Below are positions 1-10,149 of a stretch of 64,000 bases of DNA, piece after piece. The notes under the pieces are model-generated. The model did no database searches and was not told where the DNA came from. It was given only the letters and a program-made list of their open reading frames with translations. How positions within the stretch are numbered: position 1 is the stretch's first letter; each line of letters starts with the position of its first letter. Position numbers and translations under genes: made by a program. Source of the DNA: Patescibacteria group bacterium (GTDB lineage: Bacteria > Patescibacteriota > Patescibacteriia > JAQUQO01); the NCBI GenBank assembly GCA_028716045.1, contig JAQUQO010000001.1:528897-592896 (forward strand). Direction: 5' to 3'.

Positions 1-190
1 AAGACCGCCGACAAAAGTTGCTTTTTTGAGCCGCAAGAATTAAAAAATATATTTTCTGATTTTAATATCATTTTTTATGAAGAAAAGTCTACGACAGACG
101 AAGGGCATCCAGGAAATCCCGAACCGCATACGCACGATGTTGTTAAAATAATAGCAAGAAAAATAAAATAGCCCACAATAATATCTTTAA

Positions 191-222
191 TAGAGACGCA
201 TTGTCATGCGTCTCTACGGGGG
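191..222. repeat. REP-like hairpin repeat (TAGAGACGC-loop-GCGTCTCTACGGGGG)
   Basis: Perfect inverted repeat with conserved GTAGAGAC/GTCTCTACGG ends shared with 5 other copies in window. Confidence 0.6.
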
Positions 223-237
223 AACAAAATCAAAACA

Positions 238-260
238 CCCTTTGATAAAAGGGCGTTTTT
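238..260 (+). terminator. rho-independent terminator-like hairpin (CCCTTT-GATA-AAAGGG) + T6
   Basis: 6-bp stem 238-253 followed by TTTTTT 255-260; precedes repeat cassette copy 1. Confidence 0.35.
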
Positions 261-279
261 TATTTAAAAAATTTTTTGT

Positions 280-384
280 AGAAACAATTCGGGCATTTGG
301 TAGAGACGGGTTTAAAACCCGTCTCTACGGGGATACCAGGGGACGATAAAAGGATTGATGATATTGCATGGTAGAGACCCCGCC
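280..384. repeat. 105-bp composite repeat cassette copy 1 (two REP-like hairpins + spacer)
   Basis: ~95% identical to 3851-3956; contains hairpins 300-332 and 370-405. Confidence 0.8.
300..332. repeat. REP-like hairpin GTAGAGACGGG-TTTAAAA-CCCGTCTCTAC + GGGG
   Basis: Perfect 11-bp stem; identical copy at 3871-3904. Confidence 0.8.
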
Positions 385-405
385 GCAGCGGAATCTCTAT
401 GGGGG
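370..405. repeat. degenerate REP-like hairpin GGTAGAGACCCCGCC...ATCTCTATGGGGG
   Basis: Same GTAGAGAC 5' arm, degenerate 3' arm. Confidence 0.5.
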
Positions 406-529
406 AATACCCCGCATTTGTAAGGTATTTCTCGGATTTATTAAGCCCATATCTTGAAAATTGATAAAATGATAAAATAATAGTGGAAATGCGGTATTAT
501 TGTTTTGTATTATGTGTTGTAAGCTAATC

Positions 530-558
530 TTGACAAAATAGCTAAAATGTGCTATATT
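530..558 (+). promoter_or_regulatory. sigma70-like promoter TTGACA-17nt-TATATT for CDS starting 703
   Basis: TTGACA 530-535, TATATT 553-558, 17-nt spacer; AAGGAG RBS at 691-696. Confidence 0.55.
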
Positions 559-702
559 TAATAGTTAAAAAGAGTATATTTTAACCCCTTTAAATAGTCT
601 CTTTACCTCACTTTAGCGGGCCAAACACGAGTTGACTAAAGTCGGGTAAGCAGATTATTCTGCTGTTTGAAAACAAAAAAATTAATTTACAAGGAGATAA
701 AG

Positions 703-3700
703 ATGAAAAGGATGAAAAGTAATTTTTGGTTGATTTTGGTGTTGCTCGCGCCCTTGGGCTGCGGCAACGGAGAAAAGAGATCCTTCGCTGACGCTCAGGA
801 TGACAATGAGGGTGTCAGTGATGGTGGCGATGTTAACAACAATGACGACGATGACCCTTCGACAGACTCAGGGTCTGATGACGATGCTGGTGTTGAGCCG
901 TCAGACGGCGACGTCCCGATAGATGTCGGGGATGACGATGACGACACGACTTGCGTTCCGAGCAAAGAAATTTGCGACGGAAAGGACAATGACTGCGACG
1001 GCGATACTGACGAAGATTCGGCTTTGGAAATGGGATGTGACAACGACATTTTCTGCGACGGCGTTGAACAATGCCTTGGCGGATTTTGTGTCGTAGAAAT
1101 TGAACCCGAAGATTGCGCTCCTCTTTCGGACGAATGCAATGACGGCGTGTGCGATGAAGCCACCCGCGGTTGCCAAGCGGTTCCCAAAGAAAACGGGACA
1201 CTCTGCAACGCGGATTCTGATGGTTGCACCGAAAACGACTATTGCCAAGACGGTGATTGTCTATCCGGCAAAGCAGTGGATTGTTCGGGAGCGGTACCGG
1301 AAGAAGAAAAGCAATGCAACATCGGTGTCTGCTATTCTGCCGGAAACAATGAGTATGCTTGCGGCAAAGAATCTTTGCCCAACGAAACTCGTTGCGACGC
1401 GGATGGTGACGGCTGTACGGTCGGCGACACCTGCCAAGCCGGTGTCTGCGAAAAAGGACCGGCTCCGGATTGTTCCGAAGCTACGGATGCCTGCAACGCC
1501 GGAACTTGTTTCTCCGCTGGCTCGGAAACATATGAATGCGTTCCGACCCCCATGGAAGACCAAACTCCCTGCGACGCGGATGGTGACGGCTGCACAGTCG
1601 GCGACACCTGCCAAGCGGGAATTTGCGAGAAGGGTTTGCCGGCAGATTGCTCGGGTGTAAATACCCAATGCAAAACCGGTATCTGTATTTCCCAAGGTCA
1701 GGACAAATTCGTCTGCTCCTCTACGTCCAAGAACAACGGCGCGGCCTGTTTGGATAACGACGGCTGCACAGTCGGCGACAACTGCCAAGCGGGAATTTGC
1801 GTGGCGGGAACACCGGCTGACTGCTCGACGTTCACCAATCAGTGCAATGACGGCGTTTGCGAGGAAACGGCTGACCACGTTAACTTTAATTGCGTGGCTC
1901 AATCTAAACCCAACAACACCGCTTGCAATGCGGACTCTAACGGCTGTACAGTCGGCGACACCTGCCAAAACGGGAGTTGCCAAGCCGGAGCGAGCCGCGA
2001 TTGTTCCAAAAAGACCGACGATTGCAATCGCGGTATCTGTGTAGAGGACAGTTCAACTTCATCACACTGCGCGGCTAAGCCGAGGTCTAATGGAACTTCC
2101 TGTGAAGACGGCCAATACTGCACGGTCGGCGATTCCTGCCAAGACGGCGACTGCCAAGCCGGACCGGTGAAGGATTGCTCTCCTCTTTCGGACGAATGCA
2201 ACAACGGAGTGTGCGATGAAACGGCTGACAGTTGTGAAAAGTCGCCGATTAACGAAGGCGGCCTTTGCAATGACGGCGAGATTTGCACCACGACTTCTAC
2301 CTGCCAAAGCGGCGAGTGCAAGGGCGTAGATGACAAAGATGCCGATACTGACACTTTTATTGACAAGGATTGCGGCGGAACGGATTGCGACGACGGCGAC
2401 AACGGGATTTATCCCGGAGCGCTGGACACGGTGGGCGACGGCATTGACCAGAATTGCGACGGCCGAGACGGAGTGGACGCTGACAGCGATACTTATGCGA
2501 GTATCGCTTCCGGCGGAACGGATTGCGATGATGGCAACAACAGTATCCACCCTAACGCAGACGACAATGACACCGACGCGGTTGATGAAAACTGCGACGG
2601 CAAATTTGGCGGCGCGCTGGCGGGCGATGTTGATGCCGACGACTACGCGGCTTTGGGCACAGATGGAGTGACGGTGGTGGACTGCGATGATGATGAAGCT
2701 CTTGCCTATCCTAACAACCCGACCGATAAACTGGACAGTATTGACAACGACTGCGACGGCTGGGATGGGAAAAGTGAAAGCATAAGAGACATCGGCAGAA
2801 CCTACCTACAAATTTCCCTTGACTCCCAAGAAAAAATATGGATACTTGGCGGAAAATGGTTAAGCAACAACAAAGACGGAAATTGGGAAAATGAACAATG
2901 GAATCTAAATATGGCCAGTGATACAGATATGGCCCTTGACTCCTCTGACAACATCCATATTTCCTACCGTTGCGAGCAAGGGCTTTGCTACGCCAAAAGA
3001 GCGCCTGACGAAAGTTTGGAAACCACTATCATTGATAACGACGATCCGCAAACCGGTAAATCTACTTCCATCGCCCTAGACGACGACGGTTATCCACGGA
3101 TTTCTTACCGCGGATATAATGGCGACTTGCGGGAAGCGCGGTGGAACGGGGCAAACTGGGAAATACAAGTGGTACATGCCATTACAGACCTTGATAGAGG
3201 CACATCGCTTGTGATACAGAACAACTTAAGTCGTATTTCATACGAGAGAGTTGGCGCAACAGATGGATTGTGGTTGGCGGAAGAACAAAGTGATAGCAGT
3301 TGGGTTAAAAATAAAATTGACATCACTTATTCTGGTCTTTGGAGTTCAATGGCAGCGGATTCCGGCGGAAAACTCCATATTTCTTCCGGCTATTTCACGG
3401 CTAGCGGTTGGTCTCTTCGTATAACCACCAACGCCAGCGGGGATTGGGCGGGCGAACACGTTGATTTCAATGCCGATTATCCTCGCGGCTGGGCAACCTC
3501 AATGGCCGTGGATTCTAATGGGAAAAGACATGTGTTGTATCTCGCATTCGAAGAGCATAGGGTAATCTATGCTACCGACAAATCCGGAAGTTGGGTCTTA
3601 AGCGTCATCGGAGAATACAAAGATGGTGAAGAAGCTAATTTCATTACAGCCATAACGATTAACTCCGGTAACGAAATCCACGCCGTCTATTTCGGCGACA

Positions 3701-3744
3701 CAGCCCTTGGCGGCCCCTGCGACGGCCTGTGCTATGTGAAGTAA
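703..3744 (+). CDS. large secreted Cys/Asp-rich repeat protein (MopE-like metal-binding motifs; beta-propeller-like C-terminus)
   Basis: ATG 703 with AAGGAG RBS (track start 667 is a TTG). Lipoprotein-like signal LAPLGC. ~9 tandem CxADxDGCTVGDxCQAGxC modules. DCDDGDN..YPGA..CDGxDNDCDG MopE-type motifs. C-terminal ~45-aa repeats ending ISY/HISSGY. Confidence 0.85.
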   Translation: MKRMKSNFWLILVLLAPLGCGNGEKRSFADAQDDNEGVSDGGDVNNNDDDDPSTDSGSDDDAGVEPSDGDVPIDVGDDDDDTTCVPSKEICDGKDNDCDGDTDEDSALEMGCDNDIFCDGVEQCLGGFCVVEIEPEDCAPLSDECNDGVCDEATRGCQAVPKENGTLCNADSDGCTENDYCQDGDCLSGKAVDCSGAVPEEEKQCNIGVCYSAGNNEYACGKESLPNETRCDADGDGCTVGDTCQAGVCEKGPAPDCSEATDACNAGTCFSAGSETYECVPTPMEDQTPCDADGDGCTVGDTCQAGICEKGLPADCSGVNTQCKTGICISQGQDKFVCSSTSKNNGAACLDNDGCTVGDNCQAGICVAGTPADCSTFTNQCNDGVCEETADHVNFNCVAQSKPNNTACNADSNGCTVGDTCQNGSCQAGASRDCSKKTDDCNRGICVEDSSTSSHCAAKPRSNGTSCEDGQYCTVGDSCQDGDCQAGPVKDCSPLSDECNNGVCDETADSCEKSPINEGGLCNDGEICTTTSTCQSGECKGVDDKDADTDTFIDKDCGGTDCDDGDNGIYPGALDTVGDGIDQNCDGRDGVDADSDTYASIASGGTDCDDGNNSIHPNADDNDTDAVDENCDGKFGGALAGDVDADDYAALGTDGVTVVDCDDDEALAYPNNPTDKLDSIDNDCDGWDGKSESIRDIGRTYLQISLDSQEKIWILGGKWLSNNKDGNWENEQWNLNMASDTDMALDSSDNIHISYRCEQGLCYAKRAPDESLETTIIDNDDPQTGKSTSIALDDDGYPRISYRGYNGDLREARWNGANWEIQVVHAITDLDRGTSLVIQNNLSRISYERVGATDGLWLAEEQSDSSWVKNKIDITYSGLWSSMAADSGGKLHISSGYFTASGWSLRITTNASGDWAGEHVDFNADYPRGWATSMAVDSNGKRHVLYLAFEEHRVIYATDKSGSWVLSVIGEYKDGEEANFITAITINSGNEIHAVYFGDTALGGPCDGLCYVK

Positions 3745-3798
3745 TCCCCTTTCTCTCCCTTTGAAAAAGGGAGGTAAGGAGGGATTTAAAAAATCAAA

Positions 3799-3830
3799 AC
3801 ACCCCTGGGTAAAACTCGGGGTGTTTTTTT
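3799..3830 (+). terminator. rho-independent terminator (ACACCCC-loop-GGGGTGT + T7)
   Basis: 7-bp GC stem 3799-3824 then TTTTTTT. Confidence 0.7.
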
Positions 3831-3850
3831 ATTTGGGTTTTGATTTATAC

Positions 3851-3956
3851 AGAAACAATTCAGGCATTTGGTAGAGACGGGTTTAAAACCCGTCTCTACG
3901 GGGATACCGGGGGACGATAAAAGGATTGATGATTCGCATTATGTAGAGACCCCGCC
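3851..3956. repeat. composite repeat cassette copy 2
   Basis: Near-identical to 280-384; lies between convergent genes 703-3744 and 3971-7498. Confidence 0.8.
3871..3904. repeat. REP-like hairpin (identical to 300-332)
   Basis: GTAGAGACGGGTTTAAAACCCGTCTCTACGGGG. Confidence 0.8.
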
Positions 3957-3976
3957 TTGTCGAGACGTCTCTACGG
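3943..3976. repeat. REP-like hairpin GTAGAGACCCCGCC..GAGACGTCTCTACGG overlapping stop codon of 3971-7498 CDS
   Basis: GTAGAGAC/GTCTCTAC arms; minus-strand TAG stop at 3971-3973 lies inside the element. Confidence 0.6.
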
Positions 3977-6900
3977 ACTGCAGGTCATCACATTATCAGT
4001 TATCTCGCAGTTTCTTTTTATACTATTGTTGGCATTGCTATTTGAATCCATGTCAAACATATTTACTACTCCATCATTATCTCCATCTGAACCGCCCAAT
4101 AACACATTAACACATTGGTTTTGCCCCTCTATATTAACACATTTCCCGCCGACAAATTTACAGTCTCCATCTAAAAGGCACATTTTCCTTTCGCCCTCTT
4201 CCTCATAAGCGATTCCCTTACAATAAGGGTCGTCCATATTTGCCAAACCATTACCATCGTTATCAAATTTTCCATCAATACAATTTAATGTTCCCTCAAA
4301 ACAAGTATCGTCGCAAATCCCTTCTACTGGGAAACCAGTGGCCATTTTAGCGCTAAAGCCCACATCGCCAAGAAAATCACAGCGATAAACATTCGCCAGA
4401 TATTGACCAGCGCCGCCTGACATCTGCCAGCAATATTTTGCTCTTGTTTTATCACTCCCTTCCTCTCCTCCTTTTGTCCAAGTATTTCTGTGGACAAATA
4501 TCGGCTTTTGCGGAATCCCAATATCATCGCCATTAACCTTACATTCTTTCAAAAGCCAAAATGCTTCTTCATTTATTGAATCACCCGGCTGGACCGTGTA
4601 TTCCAAATTAGCTTTACCGTCTTCTTCTACACTACCGGAAACCAAGATGTTAGTTGTGCCCATACAAGATTCCCCTGTGGCGCAGTTATAATTGCCAAAA
4701 CAGATATTGCCAGAGATTTTCTCTCCGGTTTCTAACTCCTTCTCCGGACATCTCCCTGGAGTAATAACTTTACACTCCGCCATGCCCGAGGTGACTTTTA
4801 AATTCGCTAGTTTGACTGTAAAAGTATGCAAATGCGTGCCGGGCAAGGCCTGCCCGACATTCTCGCCGTCGCAATAAGCGTCGGTATTTTGGTAATCAGC
4901 ATAGCCATCGTCAACGCGCGCGCAATCCGTTCCACCACCTAAACAACACAACGGCTCAAAAATTCCTCCAGCCGGCGTCACGCGCACGGGCTCAAAACCA
5001 AAACTGGTTTTTATACCAACAAAACTACCAGCCACTGACGGCCCAAAATCAACCCAGCCAATATCCCACGGCGCCCATCCCCACCAGTAAAAATCTCCTT
5101 TGGAAATAAGAGGCTGTTCATTAATGGCAAAAGCCATTTTGGCGCCGTAAATCGGAGCGTCCAAATCCAGCGCCATCTTGCGCAAAGAAATCCAGCCCTC
5201 GCTGGCCGGATAAGCAATTACTTTCGCCCAGCCGCTGATATCGCCGATATTGGTATCGGCCTTGGCCGCAGCCGTCTGCGCTTCCGGAGTAGCGCCATAA
5301 TCAGCGCAGGTCGCGCCTACGCAAATCCAGCCCACGTTTTCGCTCCACATCCAGCCGGACAAAATTCCGTCCGCCGCGATTTTTACGCCATAAGCCGGAC
5401 CGGCGCAGGTATTGGTCGCCAAGTCGCAGTTATTAGCCGAAACCCAACCGACATTTTCGGACCACGCCCAGCCGTAAACATTGCCCTCGCAAGCGTCGCC
5501 CTGACCGTTGCCGTTGGAATCAATTTGTCTTTCCTGCCAGACACGCGGACAATTGTCGCTGATATCCAAAACACCGTCATTATCATAATCGCTGGTACCC
5601 ACGACAAAAAATGAAAAATGATTGATATTAAGCTCACAGACCAAATTCTCATTAAAGCAAACGGCCAGGCTTTCTCTCTGCCAAGTTCCATTGTTGTTCC
5701 AATAAATATCCGCCGAGTTATTAGCCAAAGAATATGGCAAACGGATAGTAACCGCCGAGGAAAAATTATTATCTCCGCCCTTGTGGAATTCGTAAATCTT
5801 ACTCAAGGGTGTTATGCCTTGCGCTTCCAAATTCGCCGGAACAGTTGTTTCGTAAATAGTGACTGTCGTGGCGCTCGCCAAAGCCCCGCTTGGGATATTG
5901 GCTTGCGCTCCGCCGGTAGTGCTTACTGCCCCGCCGGAAATTCTTATAACCGCCGACGCGCTTTCCTCGCCTGCGCAGGAATTGTTAAAATCGCCCGGAC
6001 AGGAATCGCAAACATCGCCAGAAGCGTCGGCGTCGGAATTAAGCTGGTCCGGATTGTAATTAGCCGGGCAATTATCAATGGTGTTATCTCTTAAATCGCC
6101 GTCGGTATCTAAATCGCAAAAATCCCCGAGCCCGTCATTGTCCGCGTCAGCTTGGTCGGGATTGGCGTTAAGTGGGCAGTTATCATTATTATTCAAAACG
6201 CCGTCATTGTCTTTATCAGTATCGCAGGCGTCGCCGGTGCCGTCGCTGTCATTATCAATCTGGTCAGGGTTATAAATATAGGGACAATTGTCAGCTGTGT
6301 TTAAACGGCCGTCGCTATCCCAGTCGGTGTCGCAAACATCGCCCTGACCATCATTGTCCGCGTCAGCTTGGTCGGGATTGGCAACGCTGGGGCAGTTGTC
6401 GCAGACGTCGCCATTACCATCGCCGTCAACATCAAGCTGATTGGCATTGGCGACAGCCGGGCAGTTGTCTCCGTTATCATCCACTCCGTCATTATCAGTA
6501 TCAGCAACTTCGCAGACATTACCAATACCATCGCCATCGGTATCGGCCTGGTCGGGGTTGGCGACTGAAGCGCAATTATCACAATTATTGCCAACACCGT
6601 CGCCATCGGCATCTTCCTGATTGGCGTTGGGATAATTGGGACAGTTATCGCAGACACTACCTCGGCCATCATTGTCCGCGTCAGCTTGGTCGGGATTGGC
6701 AATGCTGGGGCAGTTGTCGCAGGCGTCGCCGGTGCCGTCGCCGTCAACATCAAGTTGATTGGCATTGGCAACAGCAGGGCAGTTGTCTAAACTATCAGCC
6801 ACGCCATCACCATCCACATCTAAATAGTAGACCTCTATTTCATTCAAATAAGCGTAAGTTCCCGAATCCAAATCCGTCACTTTAAAATATCTGGCATTAA

Positions 6901-7498
6901 CCACGGAAGTAAAATAAATCTCTTTCAAACCGCCCGCCGGCACTTGGCCGCCGGAGTTCGGAGAAGGAACCAATTGCCAGTCGCCATCCCACCCGTCCGT
7001 GGTGTTCAACGAATACCATAATTTAAAAGCGGTGTATAAGTTATAAGTGTTTCTTAAAATAATTTTATTCACGGGACGCGCTTGCGGCATCTTCACAACC
7101 ACGATTGCCGGTTCATTCGCCTCCCGCCAGTAATCATTGACATTGTTAGCAATGGCTCCGTCAATAAGATTGCCGGGAGCGTAAGAAACGGCACCGGCGG
7201 GTCCGCTCCAACCAATAACGGTACCGCCCGCCTTTTTAACGTTCACCATCGTGCCGTCGGTGGTAAAATCGTATTTAACAAAAGAATCAGCTGTCTGCGC
7301 TTCCGCTTGGCCGATACCAAAAAACCCCCACACATTTTGCCAATACAAAATTGAAAGCAGGGGTAGAATTAAAATCAGGGCAAAAAGAAAACTGTAAAAA
7401 ATTTTCTTCCCCGCCTGAAACGGCGCCGGCTTAATCCCGAATAATCGGGACTGCCAAATCACCCTTTTGAGTAAAGAAAAAATCCACTTTTTATGCAT
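3971..7498 (-). CDS. giant surface protein: signal/TM anchor, F5/8 type C (discoidin) domain, ~12 thrombospondin type-3 Ca-binding repeats, GWxWSENVGW repeats, Cys-rich C-terminus
   Basis: N-term hydrophobic segment then AEAQ. YFKV..NEIEVYY discoidin signature. Repeated DxDxDGxGDxCDNCPxxxNxxQxD modules. Confidence 0.85.
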   Translation of the reverse strand: MHKKWIFSLLKRVIWQSRLFGIKPAPFQAGKKIFYSFLFALILILPLLSILYWQNVWGFFGIGQAEAQTADSFVKYDFTTDGTMVNVKKAGGTVIGWSGPAGAVSYAPGNLIDGAIANNVNDYWREANEPAIVVVKMPQARPVNKIILRNTYNLYTAFKLWYSLNTTDGWDGDWQLVPSPNSGGQVPAGGLKEIYFTSVVNARYFKVTDLDSGTYAYLNEIEVYYLDVDGDGVADSLDNCPAVANANQLDVDGDGTGDACDNCPSIANPDQADADNDGRGSVCDNCPNYPNANQEDADGDGVGNNCDNCASVANPDQADTDGDGIGNVCEVADTDNDGVDDNGDNCPAVANANQLDVDGDGNGDVCDNCPSVANPDQADADNDGQGDVCDTDWDSDGRLNTADNCPYIYNPDQIDNDSDGTGDACDTDKDNDGVLNNNDNCPLNANPDQADADNDGLGDFCDLDTDGDLRDNTIDNCPANYNPDQLNSDADASGDVCDSCPGDFNNSCAGEESASAVIRISGGAVSTTGGAQANIPSGALASATTVTIYETTVPANLEAQGITPLSKIYEFHKGGDNNFSSAVTIRLPYSLANNSADIYWNNNGTWQRESLAVCFNENLVCELNINHFSFFVVGTSDYDNDGVLDISDNCPRVWQERQIDSNGNGQGDACEGNVYGWAWSENVGWVSANNCDLATNTCAGPAYGVKIAADGILSGWMWSENVGWICVGATCADYGATPEAQTAAAKADTNIGDISGWAKVIAYPASEGWISLRKMALDLDAPIYGAKMAFAINEQPLISKGDFYWWGWAPWDIGWVDFGPSVAGSFVGIKTSFGFEPVRVTPAGGIFEPLCCLGGGTDCARVDDGYADYQNTDAYCDGENVGQALPGTHLHTFTVKLANLKVTSGMAECKVITPGRCPEKELETGEKISGNICFGNYNCATGESCMGTTNILVSGSVEEDGKANLEYTVQPGDSINEEAFWLLKECKVNGDDIGIPQKPIFVHRNTWTKGGEEGSDKTRAKYCWQMSGGAGQYLANVYRCDFLGDVGFSAKMATGFPVEGICDDTCFEGTLNCIDGKFDNDGNGLANMDDPYCKGIAYEEEGERKMCLLDGDCKFVGGKCVNIEGQNQCVNVLLGGSDGDNDGVVNMFDMDSNSNANNSIKRNCEITDNVMTCSP

Positions 7499-7608
7499 AA
7501 TAAAAAATTAGTTTCTACTGTGGATATTATAGCATAAAACACGAAAACATAAAAACATGAAAACAAAAGGGTCTAAAAACAATAAACATTAAAAACCGCT
7601 AAAACTAA

Positions 7609-7639
7609 TAAAAAACCAGCTCCCGAGTTTGGGGGCTGG
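7609..7639 (-). terminator. rho-independent terminator for 3971-7498/7669-10008 unit boundary (minus strand)
   Basis: Hairpin CCAGCTCCCGAGTTTGGGGGCTGG with A6 upstream on plus = U-tract on minus; near-identical copy at 10332-10362. Confidence 0.65.
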
Positions 7640-7668
7640 TTTGGATTAGTTTTAACGCTTTTATACCC

Positions 7669-10008
7669 TTAGGGTGATGCGCATTCCTCATAACACTTCT
7701 GAAAACAAATTCCAGTTCTGTCTTCCATCCCGGAGAACGAAACACAGGCAGTATTATTAGTGCAAGTATCTACCATACCAAGAATCATGCAAACGCCGTT
7801 ACGGTCGTCCGTATTACCTGGGGGGTCTTCACCCACTTGCCAACCGTCAGGCACACAAAATACCATATCGTTGCCACTACTATCTTGACCAAGTATTGAA
7901 CAGGTTTCATCTATCATACAACCGTTCAACCTTAAACGAGGCACTTCAATTTCACTAACTGGGCAAAAGCCAGTGCATATCGGCGTTTCGCCAGGGCCAA
8001 ACCAATTGACACACATCATATCATTGGAATTCTGATAACACGCATCATCCTCTATTGGATCTCCCTCTCCACAAACACCGTTTCTTTCGTTTTTTTCTCC
8101 TGGGTAGGTTGTACCGTCTCCGTTTATCAAATTCGGGTCAGTAGGATAACAAGCGCCGGCACCGCCGACATCAACGCATTTCTCGTTCTGAAGACATGAT
8201 TTCTCTTCAATCGAACCAATCCCCGCCGTATGGCATGAGAAATAATCATCAAAACAATAAGTAAAAAAACAATCTGCGTCCATTGAATTGTCGGGCAACA
8301 CACAGCCGTTTTCATTTGAACAAGTGCTCCATTTCTGTATGCAAGTCATGCAGTCGCCCGAGATGTTGTTTTGACATTCGGTGATGCAGTTATCCCTCTC
8401 TTGTATTTGTTCCTGGGTCAAATCTTCGTCTGCTTCGTTAATATATGGACAAGCTGCAATACATTCATCATATTCTTTACAAACAGGTTCTTCGGGATAT
8501 TCAAACGGTTGGATATTTGGATTATACACGCAATCCTCAGGAATTTCTTCGCATTCCCCGCCCTCGCAAAAAGTGAACTGCGGGCATTCATTAAAACATG
8601 ACCCGCAGTGCTCATCGGTAGAAGGCGCAGGAGAAACATCATCCATCCTCCCATCACAATCATTGTCTATCCAATCGCAAATCTCCACGCCATTGTTTGT
8701 AGGAACACACGAGTCGTCATCGTCATCTGTGATATCGTCATCATCATCTGCCGATTCGCAGACTACCTCTTCGCCGCAAACCCAATAGCCTTCCTCGCAC
8801 ATGCAGGTATTCCCTGTACCAGCCTCCGTCGCGCAACCGGCTTCATAGAAGCACATCGAATCGGCTTCCACCTCAGCATTATACTCCCGTATCATTTCGC
8901 ATTTTCCTTCGGGATAGGTGTCGATACAGACATCTCTATCTAAGGCGCAGGTGTCCATTATCACTGTCGGGTCGTAGCAATTATTGAAATCGTCTTGCCA
9001 CTTCATACAAGCAATTTGCTTGTTATAGCAATCAAGGCAATTACACATATCCGCGTCCGGCGTTGACTGGCTGCAGCCTAAAATGGCGTTGTAAATATCG
9101 TCATAGATTTCGCAGGATTTATACGTGCAGGGCCGGTCGGTATAAATTTCGTCTTTTTGGTTGCAGTTAAGCTTGCTAACGACTTCATCAGGGGTCTCAT
9201 CCCCTTTAGGCAGGCAGGTGGGTGGTCTTAATGAGGGGTCTTCGCACTCGACGGCCGAATCGTCATCATCCACATCATCATCCACATCATCATCGCCGGT
9301 GTCATCGTCGTCGGTAACGTCATCGGGAGGAGGACATTTGCCATCCCAATCCGGATTAATATCGTAAGAATTGCCACTATGCAGATACACTGGCACACTG
9401 TATCCTTCGCTTATGCGACAATTATAAGAAGTGGTCTCTTTAACCCAGCAAATAGCTTCATCATCATAACTATAGTTGCCCGGCACGCCAAAGTAATCCG
9501 GGCAGGAACTTAATTCTTCGTAGGGCGGTTCCGCGGACCACTTTCCGCCGATTAGTTCACAACACTGCCGGTCTATTTCATCATCAATATCCATCACCAT
9601 ATATAAATATTCAGCGGGCATATTAAAGACGGTAGCACAGCTGTCGCCTTCTTCGCATAAAAGGTCTCTGTTCTCACAGTTATATCCAGAGTCATCATCA
9701 TCTCCCCTCTCCAGACAAATCTCATCTTCATCACAGCTCTCATCAAGAGTCCAGGCATAACCGCCGCCATGGGCTTCCATGCATTCCAGAACTGCTGTCT
9801 GGTCCGGGGTGCAGGTTTCTACTTCTGGCACATAACACGACTCGCCGGGATTGGCAGAATCAAAATCTCCGACAGAAGAATCGTTATTATCATTGTCATC
9901 ATCATCTTCTTCTCCTGCTTCTCCTCCCCCGCCGCAGGCAACGAAAACGAGTATTGCCACTAGGGCCAGCGTCAACCAAAACAACCTCTTTACATTTCTT
10001 TCTAACAT
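7669..10008 (-). CDS. secreted acidic Cys-rich lipoprotein (about 90 Cys, poly-Asp tracts, one MopE-like CDxxDNDCDG motif)
   Basis: Signal peptide LALVAILVFVACGGGG (lipobox-like). Long ORF with strong coding periodicity. Function unknown. Confidence 0.8.
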   Translation of the reverse strand: MLERNVKRLFWLTLALVAILVFVACGGGGEAGEEDDDDNDNNDSSVGDFDSANPGESCYVPEVETCTPDQTAVLECMEAHGGGYAWTLDESCDEDEICLERGDDDDSGYNCENRDLLCEEGDSCATVFNMPAEYLYMVMDIDDEIDRQCCELIGGKWSAEPPYEELSSCPDYFGVPGNYSYDDEAICWVKETTSYNCRISEGYSVPVYLHSGNSYDINPDWDGKCPPPDDVTDDDDTGDDDVDDDVDDDDSAVECEDPSLRPPTCLPKGDETPDEVVSKLNCNQKDEIYTDRPCTYKSCEIYDDIYNAILGCSQSTPDADMCNCLDCYNKQIACMKWQDDFNNCYDPTVIMDTCALDRDVCIDTYPEGKCEMIREYNAEVEADSMCFYEAGCATEAGTGNTCMCEEGYWVCGEEVVCESADDDDDITDDDDDSCVPTNNGVEICDWIDNDCDGRMDDVSPAPSTDEHCGSCFNECPQFTFCEGGECEEIPEDCVYNPNIQPFEYPEEPVCKEYDECIAACPYINEADEDLTQEQIQERDNCITECQNNISGDCMTCIQKWSTCSNENGCVLPDNSMDADCFFTYCFDDYFSCHTAGIGSIEEKSCLQNEKCVDVGGAGACYPTDPNLINGDGTTYPGEKNERNGVCGEGDPIEDDACYQNSNDMMCVNWFGPGETPICTGFCPVSEIEVPRLRLNGCMIDETCSILGQDSSGNDMVFCVPDGWQVGEDPPGNTDDRNGVCMILGMVDTCTNNTACVSFSGMEDRTGICFQKCYEECASP

Positions 10009-10107
10009 CTTTCCACCTCCATTTTTACGGTTTACAATTCTTTACCAACAAAATTTATTTTAACCAAAAATTACTTTTGGATTATCAAGGAACGCCAGTT
10101 TAGAATT

Positions 10108-10136
10108 AGTATAGAAAAAACATCAAAAAAGGTCAA
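10108..10136 (-). promoter_or_regulatory. sigma70-like promoter TTGACC-17-TATACT (minus strand) for 7669-10008
   Basis: -35 at 10131-10136, -10 at 10108-10113 (reverse complement), 17-nt spacer, ~95 nt upstream of ATG. Confidence 0.5.
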
Positions 10137-10149
10137 GAGCTGAAATGAA

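Noticed and set aside
795-2671. Multiple 60-240 aa ORFs on both strands inside 703-3744 (795..1229-, 833..1201-, 1100..1660+, 1261..1983-, 2062..2550-, 2330..2671+)
   Set aside because: They overlap a strongly supported long CDS. Their Arg/Ser/Pro-rich low-complexity translations are typical of out-of-frame reading of GC-rich repetitive coding DNA.
280-3956. Diversity-generating retroelement (TR/VR pair) hypothesis for the duplicated 105-bp cassette and other repeat pairs
   Set aside because: Mismatches between copies are not adenine-specific. No reverse transcriptase ORF is in the window. The YVDD in 47031-48038 is the RmlB motif.
6172-6885. 237-aa Arg/His-rich ORF on plus strand
   Set aside because: It lies inside the thrombospondin-repeat region of the minus-strand giant gene. 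Its composition is an artefact of the GAYGAYGGY repeats.
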